Shown piece by piece: positions 10,154 to 20,412 of a stretch of DNA of 64,000 nucleotides. The translations under genes and the position numbers were made by a program. The notes below the pieces were generated by a model. That model saw nothing but the letters and a program-made list of their open reading frames with translations. It had not been told where the DNA came from and did no database searches. Source of the DNA: Chloroflexota bacterium (GTDB lineage: Bacteria > Chloroflexota > UBA11872 > VXOZ01); contig OZ244922.1 of assembly GCA_965221905.1 (NCBI GenBank), positions 1,760,001-1,824,000 of the forward strand. Reading direction: 5' to 3'. Each line of letters starts with the position of its first letter. Positions within the stretch are counted from its first letter, which is position 1.

Positions 10154-11339
10154 GAAAGGTCTGAGCAAGTCGGGATATGCATCGGTTTATGGGTATGTGC
10201 GGGATTGTGGGGTGGTTTGAGGTGTGTCTTGGCATGTGGGAGGGGCTGTTTTGGCTTTGATGCGGTCCCGTTGGAAGCGCAATACGCTCCTGGCCGTGTT
10301 TTGGGCGCACTGCTCCCGTGTCATGTTGCCAACTGGCGTGCGGCCGTCATCACATTGGTCAGCCCCAGCAGCAACGCCAGCCGTTGCCTGTTCTTGGACA
10401 GACCCCGGTAGCGCACCGTGGCGTAGCCGAAGTGCCGCTTCACCCACAGGAACGGATGCTCTACTTTGGCCCTAACCGATGCTTTGCGCTGCTCTGCCAG
10501 CGCCGCCGCGCTCTCAGGCGCCAGTTTCCGCCGCAGCCCCGGCTTGAGCGCCACCTGCCACGCTACGGCGCGCCCCTGATGCTCCGGTCGCTTCTGCACC
10601 CCCACGTACCCGGCGTCTCCCCACACCTGCTGCTCTGCGCCGTGCAGCAACGCCGCCGCTTGCGTTACGTCGTGCACGTTGGCCGATGTGGTGGTGAAGC
10701 TATGCACGAGCCCCGTCTGTGCGTCGACGCCGATGTGCAGCTTCATCCCAAAGTAATACTGGTTCCCCTTCTTCACCTGCCGCATCGCCGGGTCTCGCTC
10801 CCCCTCTCGGTTCTTCGTCGATGTCGGCGCCGCGATGATGGTCGCGTCCACTACCGTCCCCGCTCGCAGCCGCAAGCCCCGACCTGCCAAATGCGCGTTG
10901 ATCTCCGCCAACAACCCCTCTCCTAACCGGTGCTTCTCCAGCAAATGCCGAAAGTGCAGAATAGTCGTCTCGTCCGGCAGCGCCTCTGACAGCCGCAGCC
11001 CCACGAACCGCCGCACCGGTTCTACCTCGTACAGCATGTCCTCCATCCCAGGATCGCTCAGGTTGTAGAACAACTGCACGCAGTGTATCCGCAGCATTAC
11101 CGACAAGGGATACGGCCGCCGCCCCCGCCCTGGCTTGGGATAGTACGGCGCAATGCGCGCCTCCATCTCCGCCCACGGGAGCAGCGCGTCCATCCGCTCC
11201 AAGAACTTCTCCCGGCGCGTCTTGCGCTTCTTCTGCGCGTACTCCAAGTCGGCAAACGTCGGTTGCTCCATTACCCAGCTCCTCACCGTATCCTGCTTTC
11301 TTGCTATGATACTATGCCAGGGACTTGTTCAGAGTTTTC
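10154..11339 (-). mobile_element. IS5-family (IS5 group) insertion sequence, 1186 bp
   Basis: Imperfect terminal IRs gaaaggtctgagcaagtc (10154-10171) and gacttgttcagagttttc (11322-11339), 15/18 identical; CTAA duplicated at 10150-10153 and 11340-11343 (YTAR target typical of IS5). Confidence 0.93.
10321..11286 (-). CDS. IS5 family DDE transposase
   Basis: TRREKFL..M, LSDPGMED, PDETTIL.FRHLLE, VDAT, GMKLHIGVD, GDAGY, RAKVEHPF. Confidence 0.95.
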   Translation of the reverse strand: MRSWVMEQPTFADLEYAQKKRKTRREKFLERMDALLPWAEMEARIAPYYPKPGRGRRPYPLSVMLRIHCVQLFYNLSDPGMEDMLYEVEPVRRFVGLRLSEALPDETTILHFRHLLEKHRLGEGLLAEINAHLAGRGLRLRAGTVVDATIIAAPTSTKNREGERDPAMRQVKKGNQYYFGMKLHIGVDAQTGLVHSFTTTSANVHDVTQAAALLHGAEQQVWGDAGYVGVQKRPEHQGRAVAWQVALKPGLRRKLAPESAAALAEQRKASVRAKVEHPFLWVKRHFGYATVRYRGLSKNRQRLALLLGLTNVMTAARQLAT

Positions 11340-12999
11340 CTAAGTTCTTGCAGAGTCCAAGTAGCTTGGTAACTTGCCGCCGATCGGCTGCAGAGAGTTG
11401 GTGCGTAGAAACATCCCGTTCTCTGATGTCCGGATCTGTAATTTCTAGGTCCAATTCAATATTAGAAGACGTAAGTGAGCGCTCAAAGTGTCCCTTTAGC
11501 ACTTGAATGCAACTTGCTGCTTGCCGCTCCCGCATGATCACCGCAAAAATTGAGATTTCGCCGGTGCCTTTTCGCTGGGAATGCTGCCAGCGTACAAAGT
11601 CATCAACGGCATCGTAGAACCTCCTTTCGTCGTGGCTTAGCTTTACTTCAACAGTGAAGGGGCTGCGCTTGGCAGTGTCGACATGCACATCTCTTTTCCT
11701 AGTACGATTGAACACTCTGGCCAGTGAGTGGAGTTCAAGCAAGTCCCTTTCAACACTTACTATCTCTTCGATACTTGGATAGCTCTTTTGCCCCAGGCTC
11801 TTGATAACTCTGCGATATCTTGGGTTTCTTGGATATATCTTCCCAAAAGGGGTGGATTCTACTGCTCTCAGTTCACGCAGCGCTCTTTTTAATCTGCCCT
11901 GCGACACCAGTCGAGACGCTTTGTTGATGAACGTGTTCGGACGAAGTCTCTCTTCGAAGTCTTCGAATCGTTCAAAGTCACCGGCGTTTATAAGTCGCAT
12001 CAAAGTGAACAAGTTCTCATTGCCTGTTTGCAGTGGAGTTGCCGAGAGAAGCACGAGAGCGTGCGACTGTTCAGTTATTGTACTTGCAAGTGCAAAGGAC
12101 TTTGTAGTTGGATTTCTCAGATGATGCGCTTCGTCAATGATTATCAGATCAAAATCCACAGCTTGTCCATCTAGTTTTTCCCGAAACTCATCTCTGCGGA
12201 GCATCTCCAGCGAGCAAATTCCGCGCAACCTTACTGCATCTCCCAGTTCGTGGTGGTCATGCAGAAATCGCCTGAAGGATGCAGCATCCAATACATCGAA
12301 CTCCTCATCAAACCGAGAGAGAAGCTCCCGGCGCCACTTCTCTCTAAGGCCGGCAGGGCAAATTATCATGACCCGCTTCATATCGCGGCGAGCAGATAGT
12401 TCCCTGTAGATGAGCGCGGCTTCGATCGTCTTGCCTAGCCCGACCTCATCCGCTATCAAAATGCGTTGGTTTGGCGACTTGAGAAACCGCAACACCGGTT
12501 TGAATTGGTAGTGATAATATTCGATGCGCGATGCACCCAGCGAATACAAGGTGTCTGACAACGGGGAATTAGCCTTGAGCAATATGAACTCACGCAAGAA
12601 GTCCTTGTGTGGCAGGTACTTCAAAACCGGTCGAGTTGGGACGCGCTCTAGTTCCCGCTCGCTTATCGTGGGTTCATCAGTCGCACTGAAGAAAATTCTA
12701 TAGTCAAATCCTCCAGGACTACGAATTGGCTCTCTGACAATAAGTCCTTCACGCGAAGGCTCTCTCTTGACCCGTACCTTATCTCCAGGTTTGAAGAGTG
12801 GAGTCTTTCCCCTTGACTGAGGTTGGGGTTTTGGAGTGGCCAACTTATGTCGTTTCTAACTGCTTTTTGTTCTTGCCATGCTCTGCTTAGCACGTACGGG
12901 CCGGCAAGTGACACACGCTTCTATCCGCAAGCCGTGCTTACAAAGCTCGCCTGAATTCAATTGCCACCAACCCTCCCTTGTGTGAGCGCAAGCCTGATC

Positions 13000-13842
13000 C
13001 TACCGAAAAGAAAGGCTTGCCCACTCCTCTGCGTCCTTTACCGCACTGTCTGGAGTGCTAGTACTCCGCGCAATGTGTCCTTCCTCCTTGCGCAACGTCG
13101 GCTGTCTCGCGTCTTGGTAGCGCCAGTCAAAGCTCCAGCGGATCTCGTTGCTATGGTTTGGTTGCCCGCGGTGGAAGAGAAGGTTTTGGAACAGAACAAC
13201 GTCTCCAGGATCGAGTTCAACGTCGATGGCCGTCTTCACGTGCGAGTCCAGTGTCTCTTGTGCGATTTCCAGATAGTACTCGCGTTTTTCGTGAGGCACA
13301 GTGCCGAGCTTGTGTGTGCCCGGTACAAACTGCATGCAGCCATTCACCGCATTGGCAGGCACCAACGGTGTCCAGACATTCACCATCCGCTGCAATTCCA
13401 CACTTCCCTTAGCGCCGGCGATCTGCTCCGTGTAGCCGCCGTCCTGGTGCCAGAGGACCTCGGTGCCTTTCCATTCCGGGAATTTTGGGCGAGCGGTGTA
13501 ATTGGGGTATAGGCGGACCTCCGGCCCAAGGAGGACTTCAACCACGTCCAGCAAGGCCGGGTTAAAGAAGAGGTCGAAAAGGCCGGACAAGTGCAGCTCT
13601 CTGCGAAACGACTTCGGGGCATCATCCAGATGGTTCTCGAAGAGCCGGAAGAAGCGCGTCTCAAATGGCTCTTCTTGCATGGTACTTGCGATTGTTCCCG
13701 CTGCGACCAGTTGCCGTGCTTGGCGCTCCACGAGCTCTTCCATGGCAGCGCGTGCTCGCGCCACCACACTCGAATCGAGAAAGCCACTGAGCCTCACGTA
13801 GCCTTGATCGTCGAATTGTTGTCGAAGGTCATCTTGATTCAT
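13000..13842 (-). CDS. Phytanoyl-CoA dioxygenase (PhyH) family Fe(II)/2OG oxygenase
   Basis: F..QGYV, WHQD, NGCMQFVPGTH, PGDVVLF..LLFHRG.PN.S..IR. Confidence 0.9.
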   Translation of the reverse strand: MNQDDLRQQFDDQGYVRLSGFLDSSVVARARAAMEELVERQARQLVAAGTIASTMQEEPFETRFFRLFENHLDDAPKSFRRELHLSGLFDLFFNPALLDVVEVLLGPEVRLYPNYTARPKFPEWKGTEVLWHQDGGYTEQIAGAKGSVELQRMVNVWTPLVPANAVNGCMQFVPGTHKLGTVPHEKREYYLEIAQETLDSHVKTAIDVELDPGDVVLFQNLLFHRGQPNHSNEIRWSFDWRYQDARQPTLRKEEGHIARSTSTPDSAVKDAEEWASLSFR

Positions 13843-14167
13843 AAAGGGCGTCTCCGCTTCTTACAACTTTAGGAGCTTGCCAATTGGACTAACTCAAATT
13901 CGCTCCGCTGGCCTTTCAGGCATGGTAGCACACGCGTGGCAGACGCCTGCACGCGTTGTTGTGCAAGTACCTGCTTATTCCGCAAAGAGAAGGTTGGTCG
14001 ATACGACAATCTGTGCGGTAACTAGATGGTGCGAAACACTTCGGCTATACTTGACACGACGCACAATTCCCCAGGAGCGCCCAAACGGCCGGCTGGGAAG
14101 GACACGTAGGTTGTGCGAATTGTGCAGAATTGCGGTCGCGTAGTCATCTGAGAGGTTAAGGAAAACA

Positions 14168-15070
14168 ATGCGCAAGATCGGCTTGGTGGATTTCGACACG
14201 TCACACGTCGTGCAATTTACGAAACGACTCAACCACCTGGATATCGAAGAAGACCAATGGGTGGACGGTGGAAACATCGTCATAGGGTGCCCGGGAGAGT
14301 CGCGCGTCTCGCCGGAGCGGATACCGGGCTACACTGAAGAGCTCAGAGAAATGGGCGTGCAGATAGTTGACAGTCCGGCTGACATGATCGGTCACGTTGA
14401 CGCTGTCTTCATCGAGTCGAATGAGGGCAATCTTCACCTCGGCCACGCCAAGCCGTTCCTTGAAGCCGGTGTGCCGCTCTTCATCGACAAGCCCTACGCC
14501 GCAACCACTGCCCAGGGGCGCGCTATTGCCGACTTGTCGGCGAAACATGGGGTGCCTGTCTTCTCTGCGTCATCGCTGCGTTATACGGAAACGGTGGTGG
14601 ATCTCCAGGCAACGATTGCCGACGAGGGCGGTGCGCAAGGAGCTATGGTATACAGCCCGGGATCGGAACACTATGCCAATCCGGGACTGCTCAATTACGG
14701 CATTCACGGCGTCGAAGTGCTCTTTTCCCTCATGGGGCCGGGTTGCGAAGAGGTGTGGGCTATGCGCACTGACGGCGCAGATCATGTGACAGGGCGCTGG
14801 GATGGCGGTCGCTTGGGCACCGTCCGGGCTATTCGTTCTGGCGGAGGCGGCTACGGATTGACGGTGTTCTCGGAGAAGCGGGCCATAAACTCCGATATTT
14901 TCACCAGCAATAATTACCGTAACTTGCTGCGGGAAATCATGAAAATGCTCGAGACCGGCACTCCGCCGCTCGCCATCGAAGAGACAATTGAGATAATTTC
15001 GTTTATCGAGGCGGCATATCGGTCGAGCCAGAACGGCGGCGCAGGGACAAGACTGGAATCAGCGTCTTAG
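14168..15070 (+). CDS. Gfo/Idh/MocA family oxidoreductase
   Basis: DTSH, FIDKP, SASSLRY, YGIHGVE motifs. Confidence 0.85.
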   Translation: MRKIGLVDFDTSHVVQFTKRLNHLDIEEDQWVDGGNIVIGCPGESRVSPERIPGYTEELREMGVQIVDSPADMIGHVDAVFIESNEGNLHLGHAKPFLEAGVPLFIDKPYAATTAQGRAIADLSAKHGVPVFSASSLRYTETVVDLQATIADEGGAQGAMVYSPGSEHYANPGLLNYGIHGVEVLFSLMGPGCEEVWAMRTDGADHVTGRWDGGRLGTVRAIRSGGGGYGLTVFSEKRAINSDIFTSNNYRNLLREIMKMLETGTPPLAIEETIEIISFIEAAYRSSQNGGAGTRLESAS

Positions 15071-15154
15071 GCCGCGAGCGGGAACCAGACTCCGATCTCG
15101 TTGGGAGTGCGGGTCAGGTCTCCCACTTCTGTAAGTAAAACGTGTGTAAGGAAA

Positions 15155-15186
15155 ACGTAGGGGCACGGCATGCCGTGCCCCTACGT
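15155..15186. repeat. GTAG-type REP-like perfect 32-bp palindrome
   Basis: acgtaggggcacggca|tgccgtgcccctacgt is its own reverse complement; GTAG/CTAC termini. Confidence 0.85.
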
Positions 15187-15526
15187 AATCATGTATGGCC
15201 TACCCGGTCCCCAGGTTTCATCCCCGGTGTGCGGCCCAGCATGGCCCGTGGCGGCTGTTTTTCTCAAGTAGCTTAGTTTCTAGGCGCGTTTGCCATACAC
15301 ACTCCCATTCTCCGGCGCCTAGGTTTTTCGCGATTGACCTTACGGCAAAGAGAGTGAAAAGAAACGCGCCATAGTAGAGTGAAAAAGTCCTTGATTGCGC
15401 ATAGCGAACCGCTATCCTCGCCGATGTAATCCTGGTAAGACGCGCCTGAGATTTTCATATCCCGGATTCAAGGTGCTACCATGGAGAGAGAACCGATAGG
15501 CATTCGAACTCCTAGAGGGAGCCACA

Positions 15527-16714
15527 GTGGCACAACGCGTCTTGCTCTACACCGGCAAGGGAGGAGTGGGAAAGACCACGTGCGCAGCCGCAACTGCGTT
15601 GCGATGCGCGGAGCTTGGCTACCGCACGATAGTCATGAGCACCGATTCTGCGCATAGCCTGGGTGATTCTCTTGACATAGATCTAGGGCCCGAGCCGACT
15701 AAAATTGCGCCAAATCTGTGGGCACAGGAAACCGATGTCTATTATAACCTGCGTAAACACTGGGGCACGGTTCAGGAGTGGCTCAGCGCCCTACTGGCGT
15801 GGCGCGGAATTGACGAAACGCTTGCCGAAGAGATGGCAATTTTGCCCGGCATGGAGGAGCTGTCGAGCCTGCTCTGGGTAAACATGCACCACGAGTCGAA
15901 TGAATTCGACGCCGTGGTGGTTGATTGTGCGCCGACTGCTGAGACGCTGCGGTTGCTTGCTTTTCCGGAGGACGCCCGCTGGTGGCTGGAAAGAATCCTG
16001 CCCCTGAAGCGGCGTGTGGCACGTGTGGTCGGCCCGGTGCTGGAGTCGGTTATTGGAGTACCCACACCGGGCAGCGAGGTTTTCAACCAAGCTGAGGACC
16101 TGGTGCGCCAACTGGGAAGGCTCCGCGATCTTCTGGCCGACCGCCAACGCGCCTCCGTACGCTTGGTGCTTAATCCGGAGCGCATGGTGATCCGTGAGGC
16201 GCAACGCACGCTCACGTACCTAACGTTGTACGGGTACGGCACCGATCTGGTTGTCTGCAACCGCGTCCTCCCCGATACTGTGCAAGATGCCTATTTCACG
16301 GCGTGGCATGTGTCCCAAAAGAAGCATCTAGAATTCATTCACGAAGCCTTCTCGCCGATACCAATTCGGGAAGTCCCGCTCTTTGCCCAGGAAGTCGTGG
16401 GATTCGATAGTCTCAAGCAGACTGCCGCCGTGCTCTTTGCCGACGACGATCCGCTGAAGCTCTACTATGATGGACGCAGCCATTCTGTACACAGGGACGA
16501 TGGGGGCTATATCCTAGATATTGAATTGCCTTTCGGTCAGAAGGGAAACATTGACGTGGTGAAGCGAGGCGATGAACTTACTGTACGGATTGGCGCGTAT
16601 CGCCGGAACATCGTTTTGCCAACGGTCCTCGCTCGGCTCTCACCGGGCACTGCGCGGCTTGAGGATCGTACGTTGCGAATTCCATTCAAAGAACACGTGG
16701 AAAGTGCGGTCTAG
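15527..16714 (+). CDS. ArsA/Get3-family ATPase with C-terminal alpha-crystallin (HSP20-like) domain
   Basis: GKGGVGKTT, STDSAHSLGD, LPGMEE, DCAPT; C-terminal ..LPF..K..IDV..RGDEL.VRIG.YRRNI.LP. Confidence 0.88.
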   Translation: MAQRVLLYTGKGGVGKTTCAAATALRCAELGYRTIVMSTDSAHSLGDSLDIDLGPEPTKIAPNLWAQETDVYYNLRKHWGTVQEWLSALLAWRGIDETLAEEMAILPGMEELSSLLWVNMHHESNEFDAVVVDCAPTAETLRLLAFPEDARWWLERILPLKRRVARVVGPVLESVIGVPTPGSEVFNQAEDLVRQLGRLRDLLADRQRASVRLVLNPERMVIREAQRTLTYLTLYGYGTDLVVCNRVLPDTVQDAYFTAWHVSQKKHLEFIHEAFSPIPIREVPLFAQEVVGFDSLKQTAAVLFADDDPLKLYYDGRSHSVHRDDGGYILDIELPFGQKGNIDVVKRGDELTVRIGAYRRNIVLPTVLARLSPGTARLEDRTLRIPFKEHVESAV

Positions 16715-16917
16715 CACGTACCCGTGTAAGGTGAGACGTGCCAGGACTTAATGAGGCGGGACGGATTACTCGCTTGGACATGGGGCGCGAGGCGCGAGCC
16801 ATATCCCCCGACTAGAGGCAGCGACGCCCTGAAGAGATAGCGGAAGTTCAAGGGAAGTCCTAGTAACGACATGCACCCAGATATTCAAGAGTAGACAGAA
16901 AAGAAGGAGCCAAGCGC

Positions 16918-17709
16918 ATGGATCTCGAGCTTAGCGGCAAGACCGCTATCGTGTCCGCAGGGAGCAAGGGTCTGGGGAAGGCAATTGCCCTCGGCTTGGC
17001 CATGGAGGGCGCCCGCGTAGCAATTTGCTCGCGCAGTCCGGACAACCTCTCGCAAGCCGCACAAGAGATTCAGGCGAAGGCCGGCTCCGAAGTGCTGGCG
17101 GTTCCCGTTGACGTGTTAAAACCTGATGCCATTCCCAATTTCGTTGACACCGTGGTGCAACGGCAGGGCAAGATAGACATTCTCGTGAACAATGCGGGCG
17201 GTCCGCCCATGGGGACGTTTGCGGACTTCGAGGATGAAGATTGGGAGAACGCCTTCAACCTGACATTCATGAGCGTCGTGCGCTTTGTGCGCGCGGTGCT
17301 GCCCCACATGCGGAAGACAGATGGTGGGCGCATTATCAACGTGACATCCACGTCTGTTAAGCAACCGCTGGAGAACCTCCTGCTTTCGAATTCAATCCGT
17401 CCGGCAGTGATTGGCTTGGCCAAGACCCTGGCGAGCGAATTGGCGGCTGAAAATATTCTGGTGAACAACATCTGCCCCGGAAGCATCTTCACCGACCGCA
17501 TCAAAGATAACGTCGCCGCCCAGGTAAAGTCGACCGGCCGGACCCAAGAGAGCATCATGCAAGATTACGAGACCAAGATTCCGTTGGGTCGTCTCGGACG
17601 GCCGGAGGAGCTGGCGGACCTTGCCGTTTTCCTCGCGTCGCCGCGAGCAAGCTACATCACGGGTGCGACGCTTCAGGTAGACGGCGGCCTAATCCGCTCC
17701 ATCATGTAG
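16918..17709 (+). CDS. SDR family oxidoreductase
   Basis: SAGSKGLG, NNAGGPP, LSNSIR, VDGG. Confidence 0.9.
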   Translation: MDLELSGKTAIVSAGSKGLGKAIALGLAMEGARVAICSRSPDNLSQAAQEIQAKAGSEVLAVPVDVLKPDAIPNFVDTVVQRQGKIDILVNNAGGPPMGTFADFEDEDWENAFNLTFMSVVRFVRAVLPHMRKTDGGRIINVTSTSVKQPLENLLLSNSIRPAVIGLAKTLASELAAENILVNNICPGSIFTDRIKDNVAAQVKSTGRTQESIMQDYETKIPLGRLGRPEELADLAVFLASPRASYITGATLQVDGGLIRSIM

Positions 17710-17730
17710 CAGTTAGCTGGGTGGCAGAGG

Positions 17731-18678
17731 TTACGTGGACGAGATCGCCGCGTGCTGGGGAAGCGCCGCGCCGATGATGTCCTTAATGCTCTCCAAGCCT
17801 TCTTCCGCGCAATAGGCTTCAAGACCTGCGATGATCTCCAATGGCGCACGGTGGTTGTAGAAATTCGCCGTGCCCACCTGTACTGCCGTAGCCCCTGCCA
17901 TCAAGAACATGAGTGCATCCTCGGTGGCGCCGATGCCGCCGATGCCAATGATGGGAATGTCAACCAACGGCGCTACGGTGTAAACAAGCCGCAGGGCGAT
18001 ACTGCGCACCGCGGGACCGGATAGCCCGCCTGAGGTGGTGGCCAGCACGGGGCGTTTCTGCGCAACGTCAATGGCCAGGCCGGAGAGAGTATTCATGATC
18101 GCCAAGGCATCGGCGCCGGCCTCGGCAACGGCGGTAGCAACCGGCCGGATGTCCGTGACGTTCGGCGTTAGTTTGACGATCAGGGGTAAGGAACTGCGCT
18201 CGCTCACTGCCTGCGTAACTGCGCCGGCCATTGCAGGGTCGGTGCCGAAGTCGAGTCCATGGGCGACGTTGGGGCAGGATATGTTGAGCTCTAAGGCGGC
18301 GATACCGGGCGCGCCGTCCAGCATTTCGGCGATGGTTACGAACTCTTCCAAAGAAGCCCCGGCCACGTTGGCAATTACCGGCACATTCCACCTGGCCCAA
18401 ATTGGTGCTTTGTCTCGGATTAGGGCTTCCGCGCCGACGTTTTGCAAGCCAATGGCATTGAGCATGCCGCCCGGCACCTCCACGATGCGGGGCATAGGGT
18501 TGCCGCTACGCGGTCTCAATGTAACGGCTTTGGCTGCGATCGCACCGAGGCGATTCACGTCATAGATAGAAGCGTACTCTGTGCCATAGCCAAACGTGCC
18601 GGATGCCGTTATGACGGGGTTCTTGAGTACGAGGCCGCTGGGGTGGCGCGGTGCAATGTTGACTTCCAACGACGGCAT
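17731..18678 (-). CDS. pyrD: Dihydroorotate dehydrogenase (class 1B catalytic subunit)
   Basis: KNPVITASGTFGYG, NAIGLQN, ELNISCPN, KLTPN, GGLSG, GATAVQVGTA. Confidence 0.93.
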   Translation of the reverse strand: MPSLEVNIAPRHPSGLVLKNPVITASGTFGYGTEYASIYDVNRLGAIAAKAVTLRPRSGNPMPRIVEVPGGMLNAIGLQNVGAEALIRDKAPIWARWNVPVIANVAGASLEEFVTIAEMLDGAPGIAALELNISCPNVAHGLDFGTDPAMAGAVTQAVSERSSLPLIVKLTPNVTDIRPVATAVAEAGADALAIMNTLSGLAIDVAQKRPVLATTSGGLSGPAVRSIALRLVYTVAPLVDIPIIGIGGIGATEDALMFLMAGATAVQVGTANFYNHRAPLEIIAGLEAYCAEEGLESIKDIIGAALPQHAAISST

Positions 18679-19072
18679 TGTGCCTTACCTGAAGGTGTGG
18701 TCTCTCTAAGGCGGTAAGGGGTAGCGTGCAGGGCGTTTTGCAGTGACTGCTTCCACGGTTTATGGGTGTAAGCTTCGCCCGCTCTCAAGGCGATTCAACT
18801 GTACCACATGACAAACATGCGGTATACTATTAACGCATGCGTGCACGAAGTGGCGCTGAATTTAGGGTGTCAACCGCTTCCCGTTAGCAAACGAGCGCGT
18901 GGCTTGTGGAGCGCGAGCAGCCGTCAGCCGGTGAGCGAATTGGCGGGTTTGGGGTCGTCTCGGATCTGAAACTCACCAGATAATCGCGGAGCCGCGAATG
19001 TGTAGCATGTCCCAATTGCGGAGGATTGCGCTTTCAAGGTAAGGAAGCACTACTAATGAGAAAGATCAGGAA

Positions 19073-19291
19073 ATGAAGACTGGCATACATCCAACGTATC
19101 ACGAGCAAGCAACAATCGTTTGTAGTTGCGGCAATGAGATGAAGACCGGATCAACCTCAAAGTCACTGCGTGTGGACTTGTGCTCGAAGTGTCACCCCTT
19201 CTATACCGGCCAGCAGAAGTTGGTCGATACTGAGGGTCAGGTAGATCGCTTCATGCAGCGGCTGCGCCGTTCGAAGCGGCTGCAAGATTAG
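19073..19291 (+). CDS. rpmE: 50S ribosomal protein L31 (Zn-binding type)
   Basis: [28 protein letters not shown]. Confidence 0.97.
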   Translation: MKTGIHPTYHEQATIVCSCGNEMKTGSTSKSLRVDLCSKCHPFYTGQQKLVDTEGQVDRFMQRLRRSKRLQD

Positions 19292-19469
19292 CTGCCGGTT
19301 TCCGGTTACGCCGTACAAGAAACTCTACGCTCACTGCGGCGAATTGAGGCTAGGGGGATAGGCAGTGTTGCTCTATCCCATGCATGGTGGATGCGGTCTC
19401 AGAGCCCCCTTCTCCAAGGAGTAAATGGTGATTGCGTTGCGAGGATAAGTTTCACGTGGCGCAAGATGC

Positions 19470-20396
19470 ATGACACGGCCTCTCTACGGCGGACAAGCGG
19501 TACTTGAAGGTGTGATGATGCGCGGTCATCGCCACGTGGCGGTGGCCGTACGCCATCCTAAGGGGCACATCGTCACTTGCGCCGACACGCTTCCGCCGCG
19601 ATTTCATGGGGGATTCATACGCAGGATCCCATTACTGCGCGGCATGGTGATGCTATGGGACGCCTTGACGCTTGGTAACCGCGCGCTCTCGTTTTCCGCG
19701 CAGGTGGCAGAGGACGAAGAGATTGGAGAAGGCGAGCCGGAATACTTGCCCCCCGGGTCCTCGGTGCGCCCAAACATGCTCATGTCGTTGACGATTGGGA
19801 TCGGCCTCTTTTTCGTTGCACCCACGCTTTTCGTCGGCCCTCTGTACGGGCAAGGTAGCAACGCCGTAGTTGCCAATCTTGTCGAGGGCCTGGTGCGGCT
19901 CCTCTTGTTGATTGGCTACCTTTGGCTAATTGGAAGAGCGCCGAAGATCGCGCGGGTATTCGCATACCACGGCGCCGAACACAAAGCAGTCCACGCGCAG
20001 GAGCGGGGTATGGACTTGGAGCCTGGAACAGTACAAGCCTGCTCCACTGCGCATCCACGCTGCGGTACAACGCTGCTGCTGGTTGTGGTAGCGTTGAGTG
20101 TGGTCGTCTTTGCGCTGCTGGGGCAACCGCCGCTGTGGATTCGCGTACTTTCTCGCGTGCTGCTGGTCCCGCTGCTCATTGGACTCTCATATGAGTGGCT
20201 GCGGTTCTCGGCAACGCACTTGCGGCAAGTGATGGTGAGCGCACTCGTTCGGCCGGGTTTGCTTCTACAATCTTTGACTACCCGCGAGCCTGACGATGGA
20301 CAAGTAGCCGTTGCCATTGCCGCTTTGCAGGCCGTGATGGCGGCAGATGAGCAGGCACAAGGAAATACCGTTCCCGCGGCAGTAAGAACCGCTTGA
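19470..20396 (+). CDS. DUF1385 (YqhQ-like) membrane protein
   Basis: [29 protein letters not shown]; conserved position before prfA. Confidence 0.9.
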   Translation: MTRPLYGGQAVLEGVMMRGHRHVAVAVRHPKGHIVTCADTLPPRFHGGFIRRIPLLRGMVMLWDALTLGNRALSFSAQVAEDEEIGEGEPEYLPPGSSVRPNMLMSLTIGIGLFFVAPTLFVGPLYGQGSNAVVANLVEGLVRLLLLIGYLWLIGRAPKIARVFAYHGAEHKAVHAQERGMDLEPGTVQACSTAHPRCGTTLLLVVVALSVVVFALLGQPPLWIRVLSRVLLVPLLIGLSYEWLRFSATHLRQVMVSALVRPGLLLQSLTTREPDDGQVAVAIAALQAVMAADEQAQGNTVPAAVRTA

Positions 20397-20412
20397 GGCT
20401 ACAGAGCGTACG

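Larger units (their letters stand above)
8573..12843 (-). pseudogene. SNF2/RapA-like helicase gene (~1026 aa) interrupted by IS5
   Basis: N-part (11329..12843): ADEVGLGKT, DEAHH, LLSATP; C-part (8573..10153): TEVGAEGLD, NYDLPWNP, EQRIGRLDRFGQ; deleting the IS plus one CTAA joins ...GLCKNL|ESQDTKY... in frame. Confidence 0.9.

Noticed and set aside
19030-19055. SRP RNA-like GGTAAGGAAGCA
   Set aside because: Lacks the CAGG..GNAA..AGCAG helix-8 geometry and the flanking long stem
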